Virus record (IMG/VR): IMGVR_UViG_3300009184_000053
Coordinates: 1-56,243 of that record
Length of the DNA: 56,243 nt
Reading direction: 5' to 3' (one strand)
Source: a virus
Lineage: Duplodnaviria; Caudoviricetes
Numbering within the stretch: position 1 is the stretch's first letter; every line of letters begins with the position of its first letter. Below, one piece after another: positions 27,497-36,868 of the stretch. Position numbers and translations under genes: made by a program. The notes below the pieces were generated by a model. The model was not told where the DNA came from. It worked only from the letters and a program-made list of their open reading frames with translations, and ran no database searches.

Positions 27497-27761
27497 ATTC
27501 GACGAATTTTTAATCAATGAAGCTGATGGCGTTCAAACTAAAATAGAGAAGCTTAAGGTTAAGCTTTCTGAAAATTTTGATGCCATAAAGGAAGCCAAGA
27601 AAATGAAGAAGCCAGGTGATCCTGCTAGTGAGATAACTAGTCTAACCAAACAGGCGGATTTGTATGCAGAGATTTCACCTGTCATGAAATCTCTTATTGC
27701 TGCACTAAAAGAAAAAGAAGCAGATAAAGCGGCAAACCCGGGAAAGCCTACATTATATTAA
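27489..27761 (+). CDS. small putative internal head protein
   Basis: MLKFDEFLINE/AD resembles the T4 IP capsid-targeting sequence. Confidence 0.65.
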   Translation: MLKFDEFLINEADGVQTKIEKLKVKLSENFDAIKEAKKMKKPGDPASEITSLTKQADLYAEISPVMKSLIAALKEKEADKAANPGKPTLY

Positions 27762-27775
27762 AAAATAAAGATAAG

Positions 27776-30280
27776 ATGAGTAAGAACCCCTATGTTCACA
27801 ATCCCATTGCGGAAAGACTTCTAGGAGATTATAATCAAAGACTTTTTGAAAACGAGAAGGTTGAACCTGTTATCTCTAAAATATGTGATCAGATTTTAAA
27901 TATCTTTAAGATTTTAAATTTCGATCTTGCTAAAAAGAGAGATAGAAATCCTGATGTTATGAGGGATAAACTATCGGATATCTCCACATCTAAAACGGTA
28001 AAATCATTAACTGGTAAAATTGTTGACTATGCAGACGATGCAGACGTAAGCGATTCAAGATTTGCTGAGGTTAAAAGGCTTTATATTGAAAGTTTAAAGA
28101 AATTTACAGAGGCATTAAATAGAGCATCTGAAATAAGTAAAGGAAAAAGTGATGGATTTATATTAAAGAAATTTAAGATTGATCCAACTAAAATTCAAAC
28201 AACTCTTGACTATGTTGCAAAACAAGCAGAGGAGGAAGAGGAGAAAATGTTAAAAGCTGAAGAGGAAGCTTTATCTGAATCATTATTTATTAGCGAGTCA
28301 ATTTTTACTGGACATCAGGGAAGGGTTAAGAATCTTAAAAAACTTTTAGCTAATCTTATAACTTCAGCGGAGGGAAAGGATCAGAAAGGTGGATATGGTA
28401 GAGATTGGAAGAGGGTGTTCATAGAACTAGATCAGAGAAGACAATCTTTAGATTACAATGGTGGGGGTGAGAAGAGCAAGAAGATCTTAGAGGATTTGGA
28501 AAAGCAGGTTGAAAAATTTCAGGATGAATTTAATAAAGCTTTGGTTAGCGCATCTAACAGATCACTTCAACAACTAGAAACAGACGAGGAAGTTTATACA
28601 TCATATGTTGACGTTGCTGATTTGAATCGTCAGGCTTTAGATGATTTAACTAGAGCACAAACCCAGTATTCTATTGCGGTAAAAGAAATTAAAGACGGAC
28701 ACGAATCAAGAGAAACCGAAATTAGCAAAAACCTATTCCCTTTAAAGAGAGGTGATTCTGATTCTGATAAAAAATTAAAAGACAGCGGTTTAATATATTC
28801 TATACAGACTGCAATCTGTAATGGCATTCCTTCTGTCGGTAGATTGCTCAAAGCAAAAAAAGGTTACAATGGAAAATTTGGACCTTCTACTCAGGCAGCG
28901 ATTATGACTATTCAGAAAGTTTCTGGCAATAAAAACACAAACGGTGAGATAGATAAATCCCTTTTGGATTCTATCCTTCTATCGGATTGGGTTTCATACA
29001 AAGACAAAGTTGCGATAAGAAATGCTATAGATAAAATAAAATCTCAAGTGAACGAAAGCTCTCGTTTTGGTAATCATCTAATAGGTACAAGAGAATTTAT
29101 ATTTAATTTGAACGAGGAAAAAATTTTTATAAACAACTCAGAGTTTGAAAAGGAATTAGAGACACAATACAAATCGATTGCGGGTAATGTTCAGATGCCA
29201 CAATTTGACGAATCTGATCCTATTGACAATAAACCTACAGGAGCTAGCAACTTATCTAAAAAACTAAGATCTGTATACAGTATAAAAATAGAGGCAGATG
29301 ATTTTATTAAATCCGACGGAAGCCTTAAATCTTCATATACCCAAGATTTTATATCTGCATGGAATAATGCAATTGACGAGGCTCAGCCTGTTGATGACTT
29401 TTCCTATTTTTATTCTATGGGTGGTGTATATAATATTAATCTTTCATCCACCTCTCTTAAAACACCTTGCAACTGGACAAAATGGGCTGAAGTGAGAAAG
29501 CTTAAAGATCTAAGCGATGAAGACTGTCTAGATTTTATTACAAACTATTTAAATGGATGGAAAACTTTCGGTCTGATTAGACCAGAATGGAGATATTCAG
29601 GAATAAAAGAATTGAATAAAAAAATAGGGGAAGACGCAAAAAACTCAAGAGCTTACGATAAGGTATATTCTGCTTGTAGTGACAATGGAACTGTTCCATA
29701 CATCGCTTATAATTTGCTAAGAGGTCCAGTTGCTCAATCGTTTAAATCTGTTTTGCAATTAAATGAAAAATCTCCAGATCTAGAAGATACTGATTTTTCT
29801 ATGCTAAACAATCTTATAGTTATGATTGCTAATACCGTAACTTTTGATGGAGATAAATTCGTTAGCTGTATTAAATGGATACATGATAATATTATGGGGG
29901 AGTCAACTTGTAATAGATTAGTTAAAGACTCGATAACATCTTCTATCGATGATGTTGATTCTGGCGAAATAATTCTTTTAGGATTCGAAAGTTCTAAAAT
30001 AATAGTTTCAACCAAAGAAGATCTTTTAGACAGATTGAATACTGAAGAGGTTAAAGATCCATCTAGAATGCTTTCTGGATTTTCCCCATTGATCAAAATT
30101 TCATCAGGAAAAGATCCTGAGGATGCTGGGGTTAAAGAGATTTTAGGTAAGAACCTATATTACATAGCTGCTGATATTTACCCTTCAATAGCAGCTCACG
30201 TTAAAAGAATAAACTCTACATCATTTTCGGAGATACCCCAGGTTTCTCCTTTTAAATGCGTAGATTCGGATAATCTATAA
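27776..30280 (+). CDS. large putative internal virion protein with peptidoglycan-binding (PG_binding_1-like) domain
   Basis: LKRGD...IQ.AI...NGKFGPSTQAAIMTIQK.SG...NGEID at about 28742-28975; LFE, ISE, VNE and LNE sites. Confidence 0.7.
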   Translation: MSKNPYVHNPIAERLLGDYNQRLFENEKVEPVISKICDQILNIFKILNFDLAKKRDRNPDVMRDKLSDISTSKTVKSLTGKIVDYADDADVSDSRFAEVKRLYIESLKKFTEALNRASEISKGKSDGFILKKFKIDPTKIQTTLDYVAKQAEEEEEKMLKAEEEALSESLFISESIFTGHQGRVKNLKKLLANLITSAEGKDQKGGYGRDWKRVFIELDQRRQSLDYNGGGEKSKKILEDLEKQVEKFQDEFNKALVSASNRSLQQLETDEEVYTSYVDVADLNRQALDDLTRAQTQYSIAVKEIKDGHESRETEISKNLFPLKRGDSDSDKKLKDSGLIYSIQTAICNGIPSVGRLLKAKKGYNGKFGPSTQAAIMTIQKVSGNKNTNGEIDKSLLDSILLSDWVSYKDKVAIRNAIDKIKSQVNESSRFGNHLIGTREFIFNLNEEKIFINNSEFEKELETQYKSIAGNVQMPQFDESDPIDNKPTGASNLSKKLRSVYSIKIEADDFIKSDGSLKSSYTQDFISAWNNAIDEAQPVDDFSYFYSMGGVYNINLSSTSLKTPCNWTKWAEVRKLKDLSDEDCLDFITNYLNGWKTFGLIRPEWRYSGIKELNKKIGEDAKNSRAYDKVYSACSDNGTVPYIAYNLLRGPVAQSFKSVLQLNEKSPDLEDTDFSMLNNLIVMIANTVTFDGDKFVSCIKWIHDNIMGESTCNRLVKDSITSSIDDVDSGEIILLGFESSKIIVSTKEDLLDRLNTEEVKDPSRMLSGFSPLIKISSGKDPEDAGVKEILGKNLYYIAADIYPSIAAHVKRINSTSFSEIPQVSPFKCVDSDNL

Positions 30281-30281
30281 G

Positions 30282-30289
30282 GATATATA
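30282..30289 (+). promoter_or_regulatory. putative late promoter GATATATA
   Basis: Recurrent motif. Confidence 0.6.
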
Positions 30290-30309
30290 AAAAACAAAAG
30301 AATTAAGAT

Positions 30310-31044
30310 ATGGGAAATCTTTTACCGTTTGATACTTATTCATCCATACAGAAAAACAGTCAGTCTATAAATGAAAGTTTAAGATCAGGTGACTTTTCTT
30401 TTGAATCTTTGAATGAGAAGGAGCTTTTAGAGTTAGACTACATGGCAGAGACATCAGGTCTTTGCACATTTGATTTGATCTGCATGCAAGAAGGCGTGGG
30501 ATATGATAAATTAGGACGTCCTATGCAATATCAGCCAGATTATGAAATTGAAGGCCATTTATATGAGGATGAAACTGGATGGCTAGCTAAGGAAGTAAAC
30601 AAGCAAACAGCTGAGATCAAACCTAAAGTAACTGAAGCTCTTAAAGGACTTCAATTGAAGCCGACACCTGCGGTAGATTCACTTATTGGTATGTATATTA
30701 CGGGCCTTAAAAAGGCTTTAGCTAAAAATCCAAAAACAACAGGAAAACTTTTTGATATAGCTAATACACTACCTGAGCATAAAAAGGTTGTTAAAATATT
30801 ATCTAATAGCTATTCTAAAATAATTAAGGATAATGATGCTAGATTGCAATCATCTTTGTTTAGTGAAGACAATAAGGCAACAGCGGGTAATTTAGCAACT
30901 GTTCAAAATGCTATAAAAGAAGTTGTTTTCAATCTTAAAGAAGAGGGAAATAAACATGGCGAGAAAAATAAAATATCTCAATCTGTGGTTAATCCTAAAC
31001 CTTGGACGGAAGCAGATTTAAAAGCAGCAGAAGCTAAAGCTTAA
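30310..31044 (+). CDS. paralog family member 1: acidic propeptide plus basic helical domain
   Basis: GLCTFDLICMQEGVGYD shared with the next ORF; C-terminal FSEDN motif. Confidence 0.75.
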   Translation: MGNLLPFDTYSSIQKNSQSINESLRSGDFSFESLNEKELLELDYMAETSGLCTFDLICMQEGVGYDKLGRPMQYQPDYEIEGHLYEDETGWLAKEVNKQTAEIKPKVTEALKGLQLKPTPAVDSLIGMYITGLKKALAKNPKTTGKLFDIANTLPEHKKVVKILSNSYSKIIKDNDARLQSSLFSEDNKATAGNLATVQNAIKEVVFNLKEEGNKHGEKNKISQSVVNPKPWTEADLKAAEAKA

Positions 31045-31076
31045 TAATTTAAATATAAAAATAAAATAAACGAACG

Positions 31077-31811
31077 ATGAAAAATCTTTTATCTTTTGGT
31101 AGTTATGAACCAGGAAAATCCAATTCACACAGTGGAGTGAATAGCAGGATTAACGAATCTAACCTTTTTGAAAGCGTAAAGAATATAGACTTTACAAATC
31201 TTAATGAACAAGAAAAAGCTGATCTTGATAGATTGGCGGAAGAGCATGGAATTTGCACATTTGATTTAATCTGCATGAGAGAAGGCATAGGTTATGATTC
31301 ATACGGTCAGCCTTTAAACGAGGAAGAGATTGATGCTGAATATGAGTCAATTGACGAGGGATTCCTTGGTGGGCTTCTTAAGGTAGTTAAAAATGTTATA
31401 CCTAAAGCTAAATCTATTATTGCTAAGGCTAAACCTCTATTCCAGAAGGGTGGAAAGATTAGCCAGGGACTTCAAGGTGCTTTTGGTAAAGTACAAGCTG
31501 GTATAGCTAAATTAGCAGGCAAATCAAAAACTTTACAGGGATTAATAAAAAATGCAGATTCTAATCCGGAATTAGCTCAATCCGCTGATGCTTCACAAGA
31601 AGGATTAGGTAAAGTTCTTGCAGATCTTAAAGCTAACGGAGCTAAAGCTTTCTTTAGTCCTGATAATGCTGCTACGGTTCAAAATGTTGCTAGCTTATTT
31701 AATAGCACTTCTCAAACAGCTAGTGAAGTTAAAAAAGCTGCTCCTAAATTAGCAGAACCTGAAGACGCTGACGATGATGACGATGATGACGATGATGAAT
31801 CTGGAATATAA
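31077..31811 (+). CDS. paralog family member 2: acidic propeptide plus cationic amphipathic domain, poly-Asp tail
   Basis: GICTFDLICMREGIGYD; IDE/GFLGGLLKVVKNVIPKAK; FSPDN. Confidence 0.75.
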   Translation: MKNLLSFGSYEPGKSNSHSGVNSRINESNLFESVKNIDFTNLNEQEKADLDRLAEEHGICTFDLICMREGIGYDSYGQPLNEEEIDAEYESIDEGFLGGLLKVVKNVIPKAKSIIAKAKPLFQKGGKISQGLQGAFGKVQAGIAKLAGKSKTLQGLIKNADSNPELAQSADASQEGLGKVLADLKANGAKAFFSPDNAATVQNVASLFNSTSQTASEVKKAAPKLAEPEDADDDDDDDDDESGI

Positions 31812-31833
31812 TAAAAATTAAAAATTCTAACAA

Positions 31834-32889
31834 ATGAGGAATATAGTATCCTATAGTAATATTTTTGAATCAAAAGAGGTTAAGAAAAAATCACCGCTTT
31901 TTGAAACCTGCTCATCTTTCAATTTGGACGAGGAGTTAACTGTTGAACAGCTTAGAATGATTGACGAGCTAGTTATTACAGAGGGCAGAGGATATTTAGA
32001 TCTAGTTGCAATAAAGGAAGGATGGGACGTAGAAGATATAAGCGAGGAGTATGATTATCCAGAAGACATGACTTTTGCAGAATTTATAGAGAAAGAATTT
32101 GAAGGATTAGACGAGGAGTCTTTTGCACAATGTCTTGTTGACGATCTTGGTCTAGATGATTTAAATGAGGATGAGCTAAAAGAGTTTTGCAGTTTATTAA
32201 ATGAATCTAACTTTTTTGAAGATCTCGATGAGTCTGAAATCTATGAGCTTAATGAGGGATTCTTTAAAAAAATAGGCCAAGCTTTTAAAAAAGTTGGACA
32301 GGGTATAGCTAAGGGTGTTAAATCTGTAGGACAAGGCATTAAAAAAGTAGCTCAGAATATCAAGAAGATAAGCTTAAAGGATATAGGTAAGGCTTTAAAG
32401 AAAGCTCTTCCCATTATAATAATGGTTGCTTCTATTGCTCTAACCTGTGTTGGTGTTCCTGCAGGTCTTGCTATAGCATCAAAATCTCTTGGCTTTTTAA
32501 GTAAAGGAATGAAGGTTTTACAAACTGCTCAAAAGGTTCAGAAAGCAGGAAAATTAGTATCCACGTTAAATAAAGCTAAAAAAGCTATTAAAGGACTAAA
32601 GATGGTTAAAAAGATATCATCTTTAGCTAATAAAACTAAAACGCTTAGAAAGACTTTAGATATAGTAGCTAAAGGAGCTAAAAAAATTAAACAGGATTTT
32701 GCAAAAAGAGGAGCAGAAGCTCTTGAAAGCCCGGACAATCAGCAAATAGCTGGAACCATGGCGGCAACATATCATGCTGCTACAGAAGGTGCAGATGCGA
32801 TGGCAAACGAAATGAAGGAGGTTCCTGATGATCCAGCAGTTGCAGCAAAAATGGATGCAGAGGCAGATCAAGCATCACAGCAAGCTTAA
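31834..32889 (+). CDS. paralog family member 3: acidic propeptide plus cationic amphipathic and hydrophobic domain
   Basis: LDLVAIKEGWD; LNE/GFFKKIGQAFKKVGQGIAKG; hydrophobic LPIIIMVASIALTCVGVPAGLAIA; ESPDN. Confidence 0.75.
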   Translation: MRNIVSYSNIFESKEVKKKSPLFETCSSFNLDEELTVEQLRMIDELVITEGRGYLDLVAIKEGWDVEDISEEYDYPEDMTFAEFIEKEFEGLDEESFAQCLVDDLGLDDLNEDELKEFCSLLNESNFFEDLDESEIYELNEGFFKKIGQAFKKVGQGIAKGVKSVGQGIKKVAQNIKKISLKDIGKALKKALPIIIMVASIALTCVGVPAGLAIASKSLGFLSKGMKVLQTAQKVQKAGKLVSTLNKAKKAIKGLKMVKKISSLANKTKTLRKTLDIVAKGAKKIKQDFAKRGAEALESPDNQQIAGTMAATYHAATEGADAMANEMKEVPDDPAVAAKMDAEADQASQQA

Positions 32890-32892
32890 TTG

Positions 32893-32900
32893 GATATATA
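32893..32900 (+). promoter_or_regulatory. putative late promoter GATATATA
   Basis: Recurrent motif. Confidence 0.6.
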
Positions 32901-32936
32901 AAAAAAATATATAAAACAAAATAAACAATTTTAAAA

Positions 32937-34088
32937 ATGAAAAGAATATTAACATTCTCAGGATTTGAAGACATGTACGAATCCTATGGATTTACCGATG
33001 ATATGTTAGAATACGATAGCGAAATATTCGGAGAAGATGACACTGTAGAAGATATTTTCGAATTTTGGGATAACATTGAAGCCAATCATATTAACGAAGA
33101 TACAAAAGCAGTTCCTGGCAAGAAAACACCTGGTGGTGTCCATATGGATGCTGAATATTATAAATTGTTTGAAAGCGTAAGTGTTGTTACTATTAATGGT
33201 CAAACATATATCATAGGTATACCTAAAAAAGGTGCTTCTGAAAGTGTTGATAAAATAAGCAAAAGACCTGCATTTGCAAAGAGCGGTTTATCTAAAGCTT
33301 TCTCTTGGATAAAAGATGTGGCAACTGCAGAGAAAGCTAAAAAAGCTCTTGTCTTCACAGCTAAAGCAGTAGTACTGGCACCTTTAGCTGTAGCATCTGG
33401 TATAATCGGAGCAGCATCTAGTTTGATTAAAAACGTTGCTAAGGGAGCTGTTAAAGTAACAATGAGTGCACTCCATGGTATGGGCCACATTACAAAATGG
33501 GCTGGCACTAAAGCATACAGTGCTGCAACAGCAGGATTTAATGCGATATACGATGGCTTTGTTCAAGCCGGTGCTAAAGCATGTAAAGCTATATCGGGAG
33601 CTATGAAGGGCGTTAAAAAGGGAGCAATTGCAATAGGTGGATTTGTTGCTGCATTAGGAAAAACTGCTGCCATGGTTACTGGGAGCGCAATGAAATTTGT
33701 TCTTGCTGTTGGTGTGGGTTTAGGTTTAGTAGCATGGAAGGGATTAAAATCTCTAGCTGGTGCTGCTTCTTCAGCTGCTAAATGGGTTTATGGAAAAAGT
33801 AAAGAAGCCGCACAATATATGGCAAATTCAATTAAATCAGGTCTTACGTCTGTTGTTAATGGAGCTAAAAGTGTTGCAGCAAGTGGATATAATCATGCTA
33901 AAAATGTAGCTTCTAAAGGATGGCAAGGAGCTAAAAATGTTGGATCTGCAATTTCTTCAGGAGTAGGATCTACTGTGAAATTTGCTCAAGAATACTATAA
34001 AAAAGGAAATGATGTAGTTAATAAATTATTTGGTAAATTATTTGAAAGTGATGGATATGAATTTGGTACTATAGAAATTTTCTCATAA
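32937..34088 (+). CDS. Ala/Gly/Lys-rich amphipathic putative membrane-inserting virion protein
   Basis: MKRILTFSGF N-terminus, acidic first 60 aa, then amphipathic helices and hydrophobic segments. Confidence 0.7.
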   Translation: MKRILTFSGFEDMYESYGFTDDMLEYDSEIFGEDDTVEDIFEFWDNIEANHINEDTKAVPGKKTPGGVHMDAEYYKLFESVSVVTINGQTYIIGIPKKGASESVDKISKRPAFAKSGLSKAFSWIKDVATAEKAKKALVFTAKAVVLAPLAVASGIIGAASSLIKNVAKGAVKVTMSALHGMGHITKWAGTKAYSAATAGFNAIYDGFVQAGAKACKAISGAMKGVKKGAIAIGGFVAALGKTAAMVTGSAMKFVLAVGVGLGLVAWKGLKSLAGAASSAAKWVYGKSKEAAQYMANSIKSGLTSVVNGAKSVAASGYNHAKNVASKGWQGAKNVGSAISSGVGSTVKFAQEYYKKGNDVVNKLFGKLFESDGYEFGTIEIFS

Positions 34089-34111
34089 TATAAATCTTTA
34101 ACTTTTACACC

Positions 34112-34140
34112 AAAAGACCAGGAACCCCTGGTCTTTTTTT
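34112..34140 (+). terminator. rho-independent terminator
   Basis: AAAAGACCAGG-AACC-CCTGGTCTTTT plus a T run. Confidence 0.88.
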
Positions 34141-34158
34141 ATTCTCGTGGAATTTTAT

Positions 34159-34166
34159 TATATTTG
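34159..34166 (+). promoter_or_regulatory. Bacteroidota-type sigma70 -7 element TAnnTTTG
   Basis: TATATTTG upstream of the kinase/amidotransferase operon. Confidence 0.55.
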
Positions 34167-34189
34167 TGTAATATAAAAAATAAAGATCT

Positions 34190-34753
34190 ATGGTATATGT
34201 TTTTGAGGGTGCTAGGAATTCGGGTAAAACCTATCTTTCTAAGCACATCTCCGATAAATTTAGAATCTCTAGGTTTCAATTTGATTTTGGCAATCATTTT
34301 AATTTATTAGATCTTAAAAGCAAGGACAATAAAGAGGCCCATTCATTCTCTATGGGTAAAGAGCTTATGCTAATGCAGCTTTCTAAAGATCTACTAAATG
34401 CTCCTGATTTTATACATGATAGAGGAATACTCACTGTTTTAGCTTGGGGGATTTCTGAGAATAGAATATCCAAGGATGATGTCGTTAAACAAATAGAATA
34501 TATTAGGGATAATCACCTTTTAGATAATCTCACTATAGTTTATGTGTATGGAGATAATCCTGATAAATCTGACAGAAATAAAGATCAATGGGATTATGCA
34601 GATGGAAATAACTTAGAAAGAGATGCTTTTGAATTTGTGATTTCAAAGTTCAAAGAGCTTGGAGCTAAAAAAATATACAGACTTAAAAATAACTTTGATC
34701 TTGGATCTATCTTATCACTTGAATCATTTTTTGAATATTTACTTTTTAACTAA
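34190..34753 (+). CDS. P-loop nucleoside monophosphate (thymidylate-kinase-like) kinase
   Basis: VFEGARNSGKT P-loop and IHDR motif. Confidence 0.75.
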   Translation: MVYVFEGARNSGKTYLSKHISDKFRISRFQFDFGNHFNLLDLKSKDNKEAHSFSMGKELMLMQLSKDLLNAPDFIHDRGILTVLAWGISENRISKDDVVKQIEYIRDNHLLDNLTIVYVYGDNPDKSDRNKDQWDYADGNNLERDAFEFVISKFKELGAKKIYRLKNNFDLGSILSLESFFEYLLFN

Positions 34754-36162
34754 TGTGTGGAATCCTACTTACAACTAGGGCTGAAAAGATGCCTGAACTT
34801 CTTGACTCTATAAGTCATAGAGGTATAGAAATGTCTTTTAAGAATTTAAATGATGTCACTCTCTGCCATCATAGGTTGCCAATTCAGACACTCGATGGAG
34901 ATGAGTGGGCACAGCCTATAGAAATATCAGATGGTGTATACCTTATGTTTAATGGTGAGATTTTTAATTACGACCAAGATAAATTCTCTTCTGACACTGA
35001 GTATCTTTGTAATTTATTTTCCAATTATAGAGGTGGGAATATAGAATTTTTTGCTGCTGTTTATACACCACATATTCAAACTTGGGACGGATTCTGGGCA
35101 ATTGTGATTTATGATTCCAAAACTGGAAATGTTATAGCTTTTACAGATCCGCTTGGTAAGAAGTGCCTTTATAAAAATGAGCTTGGAGAGATCTGTTCAG
35201 AGATGAAGGGCATAATGACAGCTCAGAGCAATATAGATCACTCGTATATCAGTTCTGTTAGAAAATGGGGATATAATAAAGACGAGAGAACACCGTACCT
35301 TAACATTAAAAGGCTCCTTCCGAATAACATATATTCGTATAATATTGGATCCCCTCTTTTTAATCAGATTTTTCCCAAGTATTATAGAGCATGGGAAACC
35401 CCCATTAAAGAGCTAATAGGAGCCGATTACGAGACTCATATGAATTGGCTTTGGGATAAAATGATTGAGAGCGTAAAACACCGTCTAGTGTCAAAAAACT
35501 ATCCTATATCGGTGTTAGTGTCTGGGGGATTAGATTCTTCTATCATAGCAGCTATTTTAAAAGAACTAAAAGCCAAGGTTACCTGGTTTTCTATAGAGAA
35601 TGGGGAAACCCCTTACGTTCAAGCTTTAAGTGATCATTTGAAAACCCCTATACACTTCCTAGAATATAATATGGATCCAAATAAATTGGCAGAGATTTAT
35701 TGTGATTGGAACGAAGGTCCAATTGATTTAGGATCGGTTATACCCCAATATCATCTTTTCGAAGCGGTTAAAAAAGAGTCAGGTTATAGAATAGTTGTTA
35801 GCGGAGATGGATCCGATGAGCTTTTTGGCGGATATTCGAGAATCCATGAATATGATTCTCAGCAATCTGATATATTCGAGGAACTTACATTTTATCATCT
35901 TCCGAGATTGGATAAGATGTCGATGGCTCACACATTGGAACTAAGAAATCCTTTCCTTAATTTAGAGATAGTTAGATTTGCGCTACATCTACCTATAGAG
36001 TGGAGAACTGATAAAAAAATACTTAAGGACACATTTGGACCTTTGCTTCCCTCGATAATTATAGATCGAAAAAAAGAAGCCCTTAAAAATCCAGAAATCA
36101 AGGAGGACAAGCTTAAATATAGACAAAAAGCGGTTAATCTTTTCCTAGATTTAATGAAGTAA
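34753..36162 (+). CDS. asnB: asparagine synthetase B-like glutamine amidotransferase
   Basis: MCGI, HRG, HHRL, QP, FNGEIFNY, SDTE, SGGLDSS, SGDGSDELFGGY, RLDKMSMAH.LE.R.PFL. Confidence 0.9.
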   Translation: MCGILLTTRAEKMPELLDSISHRGIEMSFKNLNDVTLCHHRLPIQTLDGDEWAQPIEISDGVYLMFNGEIFNYDQDKFSSDTEYLCNLFSNYRGGNIEFFAAVYTPHIQTWDGFWAIVIYDSKTGNVIAFTDPLGKKCLYKNELGEICSEMKGIMTAQSNIDHSYISSVRKWGYNKDERTPYLNIKRLLPNNIYSYNIGSPLFNQIFPKYYRAWETPIKELIGADYETHMNWLWDKMIESVKHRLVSKNYPISVLVSGGLDSSIIAAILKELKAKVTWFSIENGETPYVQALSDHLKTPIHFLEYNMDPNKLAEIYCDWNEGPIDLGSVIPQYHLFEAVKKESGYRIVVSGDGSDELFGGYSRIHEYDSQQSDIFEELTFYHLPRLDKMSMAHTLELRNPFLNLEIVRFALHLPIEWRTDKKILKDTFGPLLPSIIIDRKKEALKNPEIKEDKLKYRQKAVNLFLDLMK

Positions 36163-36184
36163 ATAAGAATCTAAATCATTAGTA

Positions 36185-36192
36185 GATATATA
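36185..36192 (+). promoter_or_regulatory. putative late promoter GATATATA
   Basis: Recurrent motif. Confidence 0.6.
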
Positions 36193-36209
36193 AAGAAAAA
36201 AAGTTTTTC

Positions 36210-36854
36210 ATGGCTAGAATAAAAAAACTTAAGGATTATAAAATAAATGAAGATTTTAATTGGAGCGGGGTTTTGAGTAGTGTATTCCCTATGTTGGGGG
36301 GCGCTTTCCAGGACACAATTAAAACAAAAATAACTGCTGCCTTAATGGAAAAGATCGGACTTTCCGAAGGATCTTTATTATCAGCATTTGTACAAGAGTT
36401 TGTTGCTGAAATTCCCATTGGCGATTACCCTTCAATACTTTCAGGTAATAATATGAATGGTGATTATTGGGCTCCTAAATTATCAGATTTTGCTCGTAGA
36501 TTTGTTGAGAGAAAGGGTATAGACACGATAGCAGAAAAAATGGGGATTAAACCTAATGGATTAGCTTCAACATACTTTAGAAATCTTTTATTAAGCAAAG
36601 AAGGACAAGATAAATTAACTAGCATGTTTGCTCAAATACTTGGATCTTCACATATAGGGAAAGAAGCTTTAAGCAATCTTAGCAGTTCTGATAAAACCAA
36701 ACTTTCCGATGTTCTTAGTCAAAGATTGGGACAAACCTATAGAAATACGGGGAGTACGTCAAATGCCAGCACTTCAAGCTCGAATTCTAACGATAAAGGG
36801 GTTTGGGGATTTCTTAAAACATTTATGGGAGCAGCAGAAAACCCAAATGCATAA
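36210..36854 (+). CDS. putative internal virion protein (amphipathic helices)
   Basis: MARIKKLKDYKINE/DFNWSGVLSSVF. Confidence 0.7.
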   Translation: MARIKKLKDYKINEDFNWSGVLSSVFPMLGGAFQDTIKTKITAALMEKIGLSEGSLLSAFVQEFVAEIPIGDYPSILSGNNMNGDYWAPKLSDFARRFVERKGIDTIAEKMGIKPNGLASTYFRNLLLSKEGQDKLTSMFAQILGSSHIGKEALSNLSSSDKTKLSDVLSQRLGQTYRNTGSTSNASTSSSNSNDKGVWGFLKTFMGAAENPNA

Positions 36855-36868
36855 ATAATTAATTCATA

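Noticed and set aside
31770-31798. GAY trinucleotide microsatellite
   Set aside because: It simply encodes a poly-Asp tail with mixed GAC/GAT codons; there is no evidence for phase variation.
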